From positions 6,990,001 to 7,022,000 of the forward strand of contig NC_008312.1 in the NCBI RefSeq assembly GCF_000014265.1: 32,000 bases of DNA, read 5' to 3'. Both the position numbers and the translations under genes were made by a program. Within the stretch, counting starts at the first letter, position 1. Each line of letters opens with the position of its first letter. The DNA is from Trichodesmium erythraeum IMS101 (GTDB lineage: Bacteria; Cyanobacteriota; Cyanobacteriia; Cyanobacteriales; Microcoleaceae). The notes under the pieces were generated by a model, which saw nothing but the letters and a program-made list of their open reading frames with translations, did not search any database and had not been told where the DNA came from. Shown here piece by piece: positions 8,723-17,537 of this stretch.

Positions 8723-10491
8723 TTTTGCAGCTTTCTTGTTTTATTAATCTATAGAAAATCCTTAATTTATTTAAACATTTGAGGTCAGTACAAAGTTTTT
8801 GAGAATATAATTATGTAACTTTTTCTCTTTCAGCGCTATCGCCAGTTTAATTATTCTTAGCTGCACCCCAACTGTAATTTATCAATTAAGTTTTCAAAAA
8901 ATCATTGACTTTATGGTTTTTTTACTCAGAAGTCTTAGTAATTTTATTCATGTTTTTACTTAACGACTCAAGAGCATTTAACCATTCGTGTATATAGTGG
9001 TTTTACTTTTTTTTTGTGTTAATCACCTCCTCATGGTTATATCTACCGATAAGTCTCTTAAAATAATTATTATAACCTCTCTTTAATTTTTTGACTACTA
9101 ATTATCCAACAAATAGGTATATGTTAAATTTTATTCCTATGTAAAAAGATGTAAACTTTCTTTCCAGTCTACTGTCAGATATTTAGCTGAGAGTAACTTG
9201 ACAAAATTTAATACAGTTAAACTTTTTTGTGCTTACTAGTAGTAAGCCAGAAGATTAACAGACTTATCAAGCTTGACTTTAAAATAGTTAAAAAATACTC
9301 TCATTCCTAATGATAAACAAAAAAACAAGTTTTTCTAGATTGATTTTTCATCAACAAAAGCTCATACTTGTTTATCGTCCATGAGATTATTCAAATATTC
9401 TTAATCATTAAGATAGCACATACTAACAGAGTTAAGCCAAGTTAAATCTCTAATTTTATAGCTAGTTAAGCTATAGATACCCCTTTTTTTCAAAAATATT
9501 GACCCTAAAATTGATACAAAAGTTGTTCAAAAAAACCAAAATCTACTTGATTTTGTATTTTGAATTTTCAATATCAAGTATAATAATACCACTGATCAAA
9601 AACTTTTATACCCAGGTTTTTAAACTGGGAAGAAGTTGATATTAGGAAAAGTCAATATTTATAAAATCAAAACTCTAATATCTAATAATGATAAAAAGGT
9701 TATCCTGCCGATGTTACTTAAAATAATTGAAGTATCATCTAAGAATAACCAGACTTTTTTCTAGTTAAGACTTAGGCAGTACCACTAAATATAGTATATT
9801 TTTAGTAATTATTTCAGATATTTTCACTACAATTAACCCCTTTATATAGGTCCTACTAGTATCAGTATAAATAAGTAAGAGGAATGTTTTTAACAATTCA
9901 TTCTTAATCCTAAATCCTACTCCTTACCACTAAATTTTTAATTCTTAAGTGAAGGCCACCAATACTGACAAAAAAAATTGCTTAACCAGCCTGGCCACAA
10001 TAGCTACTGTTATCAGTAGAATCATTGCGAATCACTTGAAAATCCTCAATAGTTTGAAATACATTTTTTGTGAAAGTAAAATTATCGAGAAGTTTCTCCA
10101 CAAAGAATTAATATCAAAATTTCACCATGAGTTTAACCACCTCTAACTTGTACTATAAACCCCTGGATCAACCAATAATTATCATTCTTATTTGCAGAGC
10201 GATCGCCTGCGCCTAATTCATAAACTTATGAGTTATCGAAACAATAGGAGGATCAATAAATTTAAAGTAGCATTTCCTGATCAAACCACATAAATGATCA
10301 ATACTAGGATCATCGACTCTATTCAACTTTTCCAGAGCTATCGGTTAACCGAATTTTAGTAACTCTTCTATCAGGGAGTTTTCATAAATAGAGTCTAGTT
10401 CATAGAGATAAGCAAAAACTTAGTTAACAAACACATCACTGCAAATCAGAATCTAAAATTATGTTATGTTTTGAGATGCTCAAAGCTTTAG

Positions 10492-10526
10492 CCTGTTTCG
10501 GTAAATTATAACTCCACCGAAACAGG
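10492..10526 (-). terminator. 10-bp perfect hairpin about 60 nt downstream of the aroF stop. It may be a terminator but has no U-tract.
   Basis: CCTGTTTCGG, 15-nt loop, CCGAAACAGG. Neither strand has a T-run after the stem. Confidence 0.3.
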
Positions 10527-10588
10527 ATAAGTATTTGTAGCCAAGATTTTAGTATTTGATATAATGGAGAACACCAATAAAGTTAAAT

Positions 10589-11437
10589 TTAAGCCACAGC
10601 TAACTCCTCAAGTTCACAAATATATCGCCCTACTGCAGTAGCAATAGGGCGTAAACTTTGAACTAACTTCACCATATCTTCCAACGACAATGCTTGCTGG
10701 GCATCCGAAACCGACTTCTCCGGTATAGGATGACACTCTATCATCAAACCATCCGCTCCGCAGGCAACCGCAGCTTTTGCCAAGGATGCCACCAACTCCC
10801 TTCTACCAGCAGCATGAGAAGGATCGACAATAACTGGCAAATGAGTCAACTGTTTCAATGCAGCTACCGCACCCAAATCTAAAACATTACGAGTATAACT
10901 ATCAAAACTACGAATACCTCTTTCACATAAGACCACATTAGGGTTGCCATAACTGAGAATATATTCAGCTGCCATTAAAAATTCCTCAATAGTTGCAGCT
11001 AGCCCCCGTTTCAAAATCACAGATTTGCCAGCTTTCCCAACTGCTTTGAGTAACTCAAAGTTTTGCATATTGCGACTACCTATTTGCAGCATATCTGCAT
11101 AAGCAACTACTGACTCTATTTGCGGAATAGACATAACTTCTGTTACTACTGGGATATTGTAGCGTTGGCGAACGGATGCCAAAATTTTTAATCCTTCTAT
11201 TCCCAACCCCTGAAATGAGTAGGGAGAAGTGCGGGGTTTGTAGACACCTCCCCGGAACATTTGCACAGGTGCCATTATTAACTTATTTGCTACTGCTGTC
11301 ATTTGTTCCATACTTTCAACAGTGCACGGACCTCCAATAATTAAAAAATTTGTACCTCCTACCGTTGTCTGTTCAGAAATATTGACAACTGTTTGATCTT
11401 CCGAGTGAGACTTGGATACAAGTTTAGTTTTAGACAT
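10589..11437 (-). CDS. aroF: 3-deoxy-7-phosphoheptulonate (DAHP) synthase, type I-beta
   Basis: 282-aa ORF with GGPCTVES, LQIGSRNMQNFELLK and IVDPSHA motifs. An AAGGAG RBS lies 8 nt upstream of ATG 11437. Confidence 0.9.
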   Translation of the reverse strand: MSKTKLVSKSHSEDQTVVNISEQTTVGGTNFLIIGGPCTVESMEQMTAVANKLIMAPVQMFRGGVYKPRTSPYSFQGLGIEGLKILASVRQRYNIPVVTEVMSIPQIESVVAYADMLQIGSRNMQNFELLKAVGKAGKSVILKRGLAATIEEFLMAAEYILSYGNPNVVLCERGIRSFDSYTRNVLDLGAVAALKQLTHLPVIVDPSHAAGRRELVASLAKAAVACGADGLMIECHPIPEKSVSDAQQALSLEDMVKLVQSLRPIATAVGRYICELEELAVA

Positions 11438-11468
11438 GAGATTTTCTCCTTGATAAATTAAGTAGGGT

Positions 11469-11506
11469 AAAAAATAAAAAACCCGGAACCATTATCAGTT
11501 CCGGGT
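11469..11506 (-). terminator. Rho-independent terminator of the proximal attenuator
   Basis: The minus strand reads ACCCGGAAC, tgataatg, GTTCCGGGT, then TTTTTATTTTTT. The stem is a perfect 9 bp. The structure ends 31 nt before the aroF ATG. Confidence 0.8.
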
Positions 11507-11531
11507 GAAAAGTAAAAGTCAGCATAACAAG

Positions 11532-11594
11532 TTACCCGGAACTATATCGGGGCCAAAAATAAAAACTGTAATACCATTTGTTAACTTGAGTCAT
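11532..11594 (-). CDS. Leader peptide 2: MTQVNKWYYSFYFWPRYSSG* (8 of 20 residues are W/Y/F)
   Basis: Translated by hand codon by codon from ATG 11594-11592 to TAA 11534-11532. The last codons and stop (AGTTCCGGGTaa) are the 5' arm of the antiterminator. Confidence 0.6.
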   Translation of the reverse strand: MTQVNKWYYSFYFWPRYSSG

Positions 11595-11631
11595 GGCTGT
11601 TCGTGTCTTTTTTTGATACGTCGAGTTTGTG

Positions 11632-11662
11632 AACAAAAAACCGCAGTGTTTATGCTGCGGTT
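11632..11662 (-). terminator. Rho-independent terminator of the distal attenuator
   Basis: The minus strand reads AACCGCAG, cataaaca, CTGCGGTT, then TTTTG. Read with a 6-bp CCGCAG/CTGCGG stem, it is followed by T6. Confidence 0.7.
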
Positions 11663-11707
11663 CACTCAGAGATTTATAGAAAAAAACTATATTCACTCCA
11701 AGTGAAC

Positions 11708-11749
11708 CTATTTATACCAAAAATAAAGGTAGAAATTATGGATAAACAT
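11708..11749 (-). CDS. Leader peptide 1: MFIHNFYLYFWYK* (7 of 13 residues are W/Y/F)
   Basis: Translated by hand from ATG 11749-11747 to TAG 11710-11708. The stop codon overlaps GGTTCACT, the 5' arm of an antiterminator. Confidence 0.55.
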   Translation of the reverse strand: MFIHNFYLYFWYK

Positions 11750-12259
11750 CGGCTTTTTATTAGTGTAAAGAAATGTACTAGTTATGGAATCTTTTATGCT
11801 TAGAGCAAGAATACTTCTTTTTATTTATTAATAAACAATCATAGCAGACACTTTAGATAGTGTCAAGCCCCTATAGGATTTTTTTTTCGGGGCTAGATGT
11901 AAAGCCACCTTTAGACATAGGGGTGAAAAAGAATGCAAAGCTTCTCTAAAAGGTTTACTCGGAAAAGCTTATGTAATTTCTGTATTAGTGGTAAACAAAG
12001 AAAGAATTTTTGCACCTTAAATGAATGGATGACAGGGATATATAGTAATCCTATTTTGGTTATAATATTGTGTAGTAATTAGGATTCATAATTAAAAATA
12101 TTTTCAGTTCAAGTCAACTATTTTAATATGATTATAGCCAATTTATGGATTGCTATAACATTATTAATATCATTAAACATGAACTAACTACCAAAAAATT
12201 GAGGTGATTTTGCTGTTAATTATAATTATGAATTATCCTAATTTACAATTTATTCCTGT

Positions 12260-13756
12260 TCAAAATCTGCCTCTTTTATTTATTTTACCTAGTGTCATTT
12301 GTAACGCTCTATTATATTTTTTTTCATTCTCCTTAACTGACTGCCATAAATCAATAATTGGTTCTGGATAATCTACCCCTATTTTGACACCAAATCTATC
12401 TTGTTCAACAGGTAATAATTTCCAAGGTTCATGTACTTTAGCAGGAGGAACTTTTCCTAATTCTGGTAACCAATGTTTAACATATTTTCCTTCTGGGTCG
12501 TAATCTTTTGCTTGTTTAGGAATATTAAAATAGCGAAAACCTCGCCCATCATTTCCTACTCCAGCAGTGTAATTCCAATTTCCCCAATTACTACAAACAT
12601 CATAATCTATTAGTAAAGACTCAAACCATTCAGCTCCCATTTGCCAATTAATTCCTAAATTTTTAGTAAGAAAACTAGCAACATTTTGTCGACCACGATT
12701 TGACATAAAACCTGTAGCTAAAAGTTCACGCATATTAGCATCTACTAGAGGAAATCCTGTTTGACCTGCTTGCCACTTTCTAAATTTTTCCCAATCCTCT
12801 TGCCAAGGAATAGCTATACCTTGTAAACCAGATTTATGAAATATTTTATTCCCATGTTTTTGACAAATAAATCGGAAGTAATCTCGCCATATTAACTCAA
12901 ATATTAACCAATAAGTTGATTGATTCTTGACTCTTTGATATTCATATTCTTTAACTTCTTCATAAATATAACGAGGTGACAAACATCCTAAAGCTAACCA
13001 AGGGGAAAATTTAGAAGAATAATTGGCACCTAGCATTCCATTTCTGGTTTCCTTATAAACTTTTAAATAGTCTTGCTGCCAAAAGTAGTTTTTTACTCTT
13101 TCCTTAGCGGCAGTTTCTCCACCTTTAAATTCTAAAACTCCCTGTGAATTTAGTGGCGGTTTTTCTAGATTTAAATCAGATAATGTAGGTAATTCTCCCA
13201 CATCAATTTTTGGTAAGGATGATAATTTTTTAGGGATTGAGAATGTAGGGTTTACACTAGAATTTTTCTCTACATCTTTACGAAAAGTAGTAAATAATTC
13301 TGGTAATTGTTTTATTTCAAAAGGTAAATCATCTGGATGGTAAAGTGTATGACCCCAAAATGATTTTAACCTAACTCCAATTTGTTTTAGTGCTTGATGA
13401 ACTAATCTTTCTACTTTAACTTCGAGCTCAGTAACTTCTTGATGAAAAAATACTGATTTAGCAGATAATTGTTGAGCTAGTCTAGGAATTACTATTTCTG
13501 GTTTATCTTGAAAAATAACTAAATTACTACCTAATTTTTGTAGGTTGTTACGCAAATCAGCAATACTTTCTAGTAAAAACTTTGCTCTAAATACACCTGT
13601 TTTAGGAAAACCAAAATCTGTTTGACTAAATTGCCTTGGATCTAAACAATAAATCGGTATAATTTGAGCATTAACTTTGAGTGCTTTATATAGTGGTTCA
13701 TGGTCATGGATGCGTAGGTCATTACGATACCATAATATAATTACGTTTTGACTCAT
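12260..13756 (-). CDS. DASH-family cryptochrome / photolyase-family flavoprotein
   Basis: 498-aa ORF. The N-terminus ILWYRNDLRIHDHEPLYKAL..YCLDPRQF..FGFPKTG matches the cry-DASH pattern, and the C-terminal FAD-binding part contains WRDYF, SNRGRQNVASFL and DYDVCSNWGNWNY. Confidence 0.9.
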   Translation of the reverse strand: MSQNVIILWYRNDLRIHDHEPLYKALKVNAQIIPIYCLDPRQFSQTDFGFPKTGVFRAKFLLESIADLRNNLQKLGSNLVIFQDKPEIVIPRLAQQLSAKSVFFHQEVTELEVKVERLVHQALKQIGVRLKSFWGHTLYHPDDLPFEIKQLPELFTTFRKDVEKNSSVNPTFSIPKKLSSLPKIDVGELPTLSDLNLEKPPLNSQGVLEFKGGETAAKERVKNYFWQQDYLKVYKETRNGMLGANYSSKFSPWLALGCLSPRYIYEEVKEYEYQRVKNQSTYWLIFELIWRDYFRFICQKHGNKIFHKSGLQGIAIPWQEDWEKFRKWQAGQTGFPLVDANMRELLATGFMSNRGRQNVASFLTKNLGINWQMGAEWFESLLIDYDVCSNWGNWNYTAGVGNDGRGFRYFNIPKQAKDYDPEGKYVKHWLPELGKVPPAKVHEPWKLLPVEQDRFGVKIGVDYPEPIIDLWQSVKENEKKYNRALQMTLGKINKRGRF

Positions 13757-15013
13757 ATTAATTTTTGAGGGAATAAGGAATGGAAAATAGGAAAAACTAG
13801 GATAATTGAATAATGTTGCTGATATCCTTTATCTTTAGTATTTTGGATGATACCAAAAGTAGCTTTTAAGACAATATGGTTCAGATCAGGATTTTTTTTC
13901 CATTTCTACAGTTTTGAAAATTTCATAATTTTACCTTTATATTATAACAGTTTTGGTATTATAGTAATTATTAGATATTGATACTATATTTAGTTTATAT
14001 TACCTGATTAAGTAATTAATATCTGCTCAATAACTTTTTTTGATAATTACTAGCTAGTAGGGCGTTAATTATTCTTCATACAGTAGGGAGGTTGTATGCA
14101 ATTACCTACCTATTCTCCTACTATTAGGAAATGTAGAATTTTTTTTGATAAATTATAGTATCTCAACCATAAGGGCTTAAGGAAAATTTAAATATTTTAT
14201 GTGATTATCTATAATTGAACTAAAAGAGATATTTACCATAAAAATGATATTTTAGCTATTTATTATCACTTTTGAATCTATATTTATATCCTCCTATAAA
14301 CTGTTTAACTATTTGTGGTCAATACTTATTAAATTTTGCTATTTTGCTTTTTTTATATTTACAATAAAAAAAGCAAAAAAAATATGATTTATAGCCTATA
14401 TTCTTAATAGATATTAATAGTTTATGTAGTATTTTTTTGGAGATATGATTTTGCTAATTATTTTTAATAAATACTTTTTGTTCTTAGGCATAATTCAGGT
14501 AATAACATATAGTTATGAACTCAATTTTGACAAAAAAAATTAGGAGTAAATTAATCTGTTTGATTAATATTGGCTGAATTTGATTAAATCTTTGACATTT
14601 TAACAAAATGCAATATTTAATTTTGGAGTTGCGATCGCTTCCAATATAAGTCGTTTTTTCTGCTTAGTATTGTGTCTAAAATACCTAAATAAATTTGTGG
14701 AAAAAGTGTTGACAATTACCGGTAATTTATAACTCAAAAAAATAGAACAACTTATAGGTATATATAGGAGTTATAAATATTGTAAAATATACGGAATTTA
14801 CGAATTTTATATTTCCTATTATCTCTTCCATATAACCTTAAATTTTGTATTTGAATAAAATGATAATTTCTATGGAAATTTATAGATTGTAAATTTTTGT
14901 TTCATTTAGGAAAATCAGGGTTGCTCTAAATCTCTAAAAGAGTTAGCTTATATAATACTTTATCAACCATAAAACTCGGAATTAAAATTAGGATTGAATA
15001 TACCAATTACAAT

Positions 15014-15349
15014 ATGTCTAATACTAGTACCGTTGAAATTCACACTGTTGAAATTAACCACCAAGGAAAAACTTACACTATAAAGGTGTCAGAGAATAAG
15101 ACAATTTTAAAGGCTGCTGAGGAGGCGAAACTAGATTTGCCTAACTCATGCAATGCAGGGGTTTGTACTACCTGTGCAGCTCAGATTCTGGGAGAGGGTA
15201 CTGTAGATCAAAATGATGTTATGGGAGTTAGTCCAGAACTTCAAGGGGAAGGTTATGTGTTATTGTGTATGGCATATCCTCGGTCTAATTTAACGATAGA
15301 AACTGAAAAGGAAGATGAGGTTTATAAGCGTCAATTTGGTTCTCCATAA
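15014..15349 (+). CDS. Plant-type [2Fe-2S] ferredoxin
   Basis: 111 aa. Cluster ligands SCNAGVCTTCAAQI (C-x4-C-x2-C) and the distal LLC are present. Confidence 0.85.
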   Translation: MSNTSTVEIHTVEINHQGKTYTIKVSENKTILKAAEEAKLDLPNSCNAGVCTTCAAQILGEGTVDQNDVMGVSPELQGEGYVLLCMAYPRSNLTIETEKEDEVYKRQFGSP

Positions 15350-15577
15350 ATTATTGAACAAGTAAATCACGAAAAGGACTTTTAAGACATATTTACGAGT
15401 GAAAAAAAGTGGGGAAAGTTAACAAATAATTAGTATTGATACTTGATTCTTCTCTACTTAGTATCTTTGTTATTCTAAAATTTGTCTTTTTTTGATTAAC
15501 TAGTTTAAGTATAATATATATTTTATAGCTGCAAGCTTAATGCAACTAAGTATGAACTAACTAATTGTATAATTACC

Positions 15578-15775
15578 ATGACTACTCATTTTATTAATGC
15601 TGAAATTGATTTGCAAGAATCACCAGGTAAACTCAATCAAGAAATTGAAAAGGAGTTGGAAAAATTTGGTATTCCTCTACGTTGGGCAGTGACAAAGGTA
15701 GATACAGAAAAACAAAAAGCTAATGTAGAAGCTGTAGTGCTTGAAAAAATAAATCTCAAAACTAATTCCCAATAA
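15578..15775 (+). CDS. Small hypothetical protein (65 aa)
   Basis: The ORF has balanced, non-low-complexity composition in an otherwise ORF-free spacer. No motif was recognised and no clear RBS is present. Confidence 0.4.
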   Translation: MTTHFINAEIDLQESPGKLNQEIEKELEKFGIPLRWAVTKVDTEKQKANVEAVVLEKINLKTNSQ

Positions 15776-16324
15776 TTAGTTATGCAGAATTAATTACAAA
15801 TACTTTCAAGCCAAAAGGCATATATTCTCTGTGATTTGATCATAATATTAGGTAATTAATTTGGTCTTTGCACTTAAGTAGTTATACAAAATTAATTACA
15901 TATACTCAAGGTACTGAAAAGCCTATAAGTGTAAAAATCACAGGGAATAAATAATGGTAATTAATTGGGCTTAAAGACTTAGAACAGATAATAATTTTAT
16001 AGGTTATTGTAGTGGACTGATGCTATTAATCAAAAAATTTTCGACTTGGCACTTTGAGTCGGGGTCTCACCCTAAGCCCCTAAACTGGAGTAGGAGGGGG
16101 AGTAGATCGGAATTTTCTATAGAACGTCCCTACTGTCAGAAGAATAATTAATTGGTTACTGACTCTTTATTATTAATATACTTCGGACGTTGCACTGACG
16201 TGACAAGGGGAGATTTTTTAGTTAGGGAAGCCCTAAGGGCAGTTTTCAGTTGAGGTGATGTCCTCGCCTTGTATCAACTTTGATTTATACATCTATATAT
16301 TATAATGAATGTATATATAATTTT

Positions 16325-17361
16325 GGTGGTCCTGTATATGTAGTGATAAGCCAATATAAATGATTAGTTATTGACATCAATCTTGAAAACATTAAGTTTT
16401 TTATGCTTAATAATTCAAAATTTTTATCTAGGCGATCGCTACATAATAATCAGTCATTAAACTATCAAGAATTAAACTCAACTATCATGAAAAAAGTATG
16501 CTATTATCTATGACAGTAATAAGAAAAAATCTATATAATTCAGATGTCCATTCATAAATTAATCTGTCCTAGTTGTGGCAGTAATCATATTGTCAAAAAT
16601 GGGACTATTCACAACAAAAAACAAAAATATCAATGTCAAAATTGTCAGAGACAATTTGTCGAAAATAGTCAAAGAGATTATATTAGTAATGAAACCAAAG
16701 AACTTATTGATAAATTAAAATAGAGAAAAAATTAGTTTAGCTGGTATAACCCGTGTAACAGGCGTGTCAGAAAAATGGCTCCAGAATTACGTCAATAATA
16801 AGTATGCTGAGGTTTCACGCTCTATTAAATGTACTAAAAAAAAACAGGTAAACTCACCATTCAATGTGATGAAATGTGGTCATTTGTAGGCAATAAAAAT
16901 AATAAACAATGGCTGTGGTTAGCGATTGATATAGAAACTAAAGAAATTGTGGGTTTTTACTTAGGGGAAAGAGGAGAAAAAGGGGCAGCATAGATTATGG
17001 AATTCTAACCCACGGTGTCTTAAGGCCGTGTGCAGTTTGTTATACAGATTTTTGGTCAGCTTACGAGCTTGTCTTTCCTGAAGAGAGACATAAATCAGTG
17101 GGGAATATTCAGGTTTAACAGCTTATATAGAAAGATTGAATAATACTTTGCGTCAAAGAATTTCTCGGTTGGTCAGAAAGACTTTATCCTTTTCTAAAAA
17201 GCTTCGGTCCCATCTAGGAGCTATTTGGTATTTCATTAATCATTATAATGAAGCGATCGCTTCACTGTAATTTTATCACTACATATACAGGACTACCCAT
17301 TAATCATTATAATGAAGCGATCGCTTCACTGTAATTTTATCACTACATATACAGGACTACC
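16325..17361 (+). mobile_element. IS1-family element with a decayed insA/insB. It has a 9-bp TSD and a duplicated right end.
   Basis: IRL is GGTGGTCCTGTATATGTAGTGATAA and the reverse complement of IRR is GGTAGTCCTGTATATGTAGTGATAA. The TSD TATAATTTT lies at 16316-16324 and 17362-17370. The InsA-like zinc-finger ORF is at 16544-16723 (MSIHKLICPSCGSNHIVKNG..QCQNCQRQF). The InsB-like frame (..CDEMWSF-type, ..YIERLNNTLRQRISRLVRKTLSFSKK) is broken by several stops and frameshifts. Confidence 0.85.
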
Positions 17362-17362
17362 T
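17235..17362. repeat. 64-bp tandem duplication of the IS1 right terminus, giving two IRR copies
   Basis: ATTAATCATTATAATGAAGCGATCGCTTCACTGTAATTTTATCACTACATATACAGGACTACC occurs at 17235 and again at 17299. Confidence 0.85.
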
Positions 17363-17537
17363 ATAATTTTTAATAGCTACAATAGAAAGTCAGGACAAAC
17401 CCCACGGATAACCCCCGGTTTTTATCCCGAACCTCTGCTCCGGAAGAGTGCGGGACTAGAGTTCGGGGGAGTTCAAAATAAATCAAGATTATTAAATAGT
17501 TGTGTAGGGAGTAAGGAGTAGGAAGAAAAAGGAAAAA

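Larger units (their letters stand above)
11469..11749 (-). promoter_or_regulatory. Two leader-peptide transcription attenuators in series, in the 5' leader of aroF
   Basis: The order on the minus strand is leader ORF 1, switch 1, terminator 1, 38 nt, leader ORF 2, switch 2, terminator 2, RBS, aroF. See findings. Confidence 0.6.

Noticed and set aside
11505-11705. 66-aa plus-strand ORF in the aroF leader region
   Set aside because: It lies antisense to the two leader peptides and runs through both terminator hairpins. Its composition is odd and it has no RBS. The minus-strand regulatory reading explains the sequence much better.
17440-17470. CTCCGGAAGAG hairpin resembling the SRP RNA (ffs) GGAA tetraloop region, and GTTCGGGGGAGTTCAAA resembling a tRNA/tmRNA T-arm
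   Set aside because: The conserved SRP domain IV loops (AGCA/GGAA context) are absent, and there is no acceptor stem or proper T-loop (GTTCGAATC-type). The similarity is superficial.
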